Shown piece after piece: positions 63,211 through 64,000 of a stretch of 64,000 bases of DNA (positions within the stretch are counted from its first letter, which is position 1; the number at the start of each line of letters is the position of its first letter). The notes under the pieces are model-generated. The model had not been told where the DNA came from and did not search any database. It saw only the letters and a program-made list of their open reading frames with translations. Origin of the DNA: Phoronis australis (taxonomy: Eukaryota > Animalia > Phoronida); contig NMRA01000899.1 in assembly GCA_002633005.1 (NCBI GenBank), positions 14,774 through 78,773 on the forward strand, read 5' to 3'. Both the position numbers and the translations under genes were made by a program.

Positions 63211-63370
63211 GCAGGATCCAGGACTTTGAGTTAGGGGGTGCCAGGGCAAATTATTAACTAGAATTTTGCCCGTCAGACATTCGCACCCCCTAAAACTGTC
63301 AAATGGAATATTGGAGAACTTTGGAGGGGGGGCATGGCCCGGCCCTTCCCTCCCCCTAAATCCGTCACTG
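63211..63370. mobile_element. MITE family A copy (inverted, degenerate)
   Basis: Shares TTTTGCCCGTCAGACATTCGCACCCC and the TAAATCCGTCACTG end with the other copies. Confidence 0.75.
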
Positions 63371-64000
63371 CGAAGTACAAATGCTCTTATGGGCCAATTT
63401 TCTATGCTTGGGTAAGAGAACTGGAGGCTGATACTAAAGGGAATTCTGCTCATTTGGTGATCAAAATAAACATCCCAAGATCTGTACATATGGGACAATG
63501 TGTAATTCTTGCAGTGTAGACTCATGGTGGGGCACTAAAATAAAGACATCTGCCGTATTGCTAGCAATTAAGGTTGTGCAAGCTTTTTGTGGACTCTTCA
63601 ATAAGAGAGTTCCAAAATTTGAATACCGGCCAAGGTTTATTAACATTGTATTGTCCGAGTTTGAATAACCTTGTGTAAAGTTTTTAGCTTTTTGATTTTA
63701 AATTCTAACAAGGATTATAATTGAACACAGATGAATATTGACTGATAGTCGTTTTTAGGGGAGTCAGTTAATGATGAGGGAAGTTATTTCACAAAATAGT
63801 GGCAAAATAGTTTTCACTTGTTGGCCATCTTGTGTGACGGAATTAAATAGTTGAAAAACTGGTAGTAACATAAAGCCCAGTCATGGTGTGTGTACTTCAC
63901 CCTCTGACCTTGACCCCTGTTGCTATGTACACTGTGTGGTGTGTACTGAGAGAGCTGTATTCATCAGGGATCTCTAGATAACTTAGTCATGTGCATTGAA

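Overview
Repeat-rich, AT-biased eukaryotic DNA, most likely a draft assembly of a marine invertebrate. It has GT-AG introns, one 323-N gap and several single-N joins. Four spliced genes were reconstructed by hand. (1) The last seven exons of a receptor-type tyrosine phosphatase (D2 domain, ending in YANF; +, 6892-17810). (2) A two-coding-exon C1GALT1-like galactosyltransferase (-, 21758-23661). (3) A LAPTM4-like gene whose last exon was not found (+, 33606-41102). (4) A four-exon, ~1044-aa HCN-like ion channel (-, 46803-54663). The channel is the most unusual item: it keeps the HCN architecture and a GYG filter but has lost several S4 charges, the S4 helix-break Ser, the QWE motif and the cyclic-nucleotide-binding Arg. 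The rest is mostly transposon debris: a decayed L1/Tx1 LINE, Kolobok-like TTAA elements with THAP remnants, Harbinger-like elements, MITEs with 5-bp target duplications, a solo LTR with nested insertions and heat-shock motifs, Helentron-type elements with CTCF-like tandem units, a long intronic palindrome and minisatellites. No prokaryotic systems, CRISPR arrays or structural RNA genes were seen. All family assignments come from recalled motifs, not database searches.
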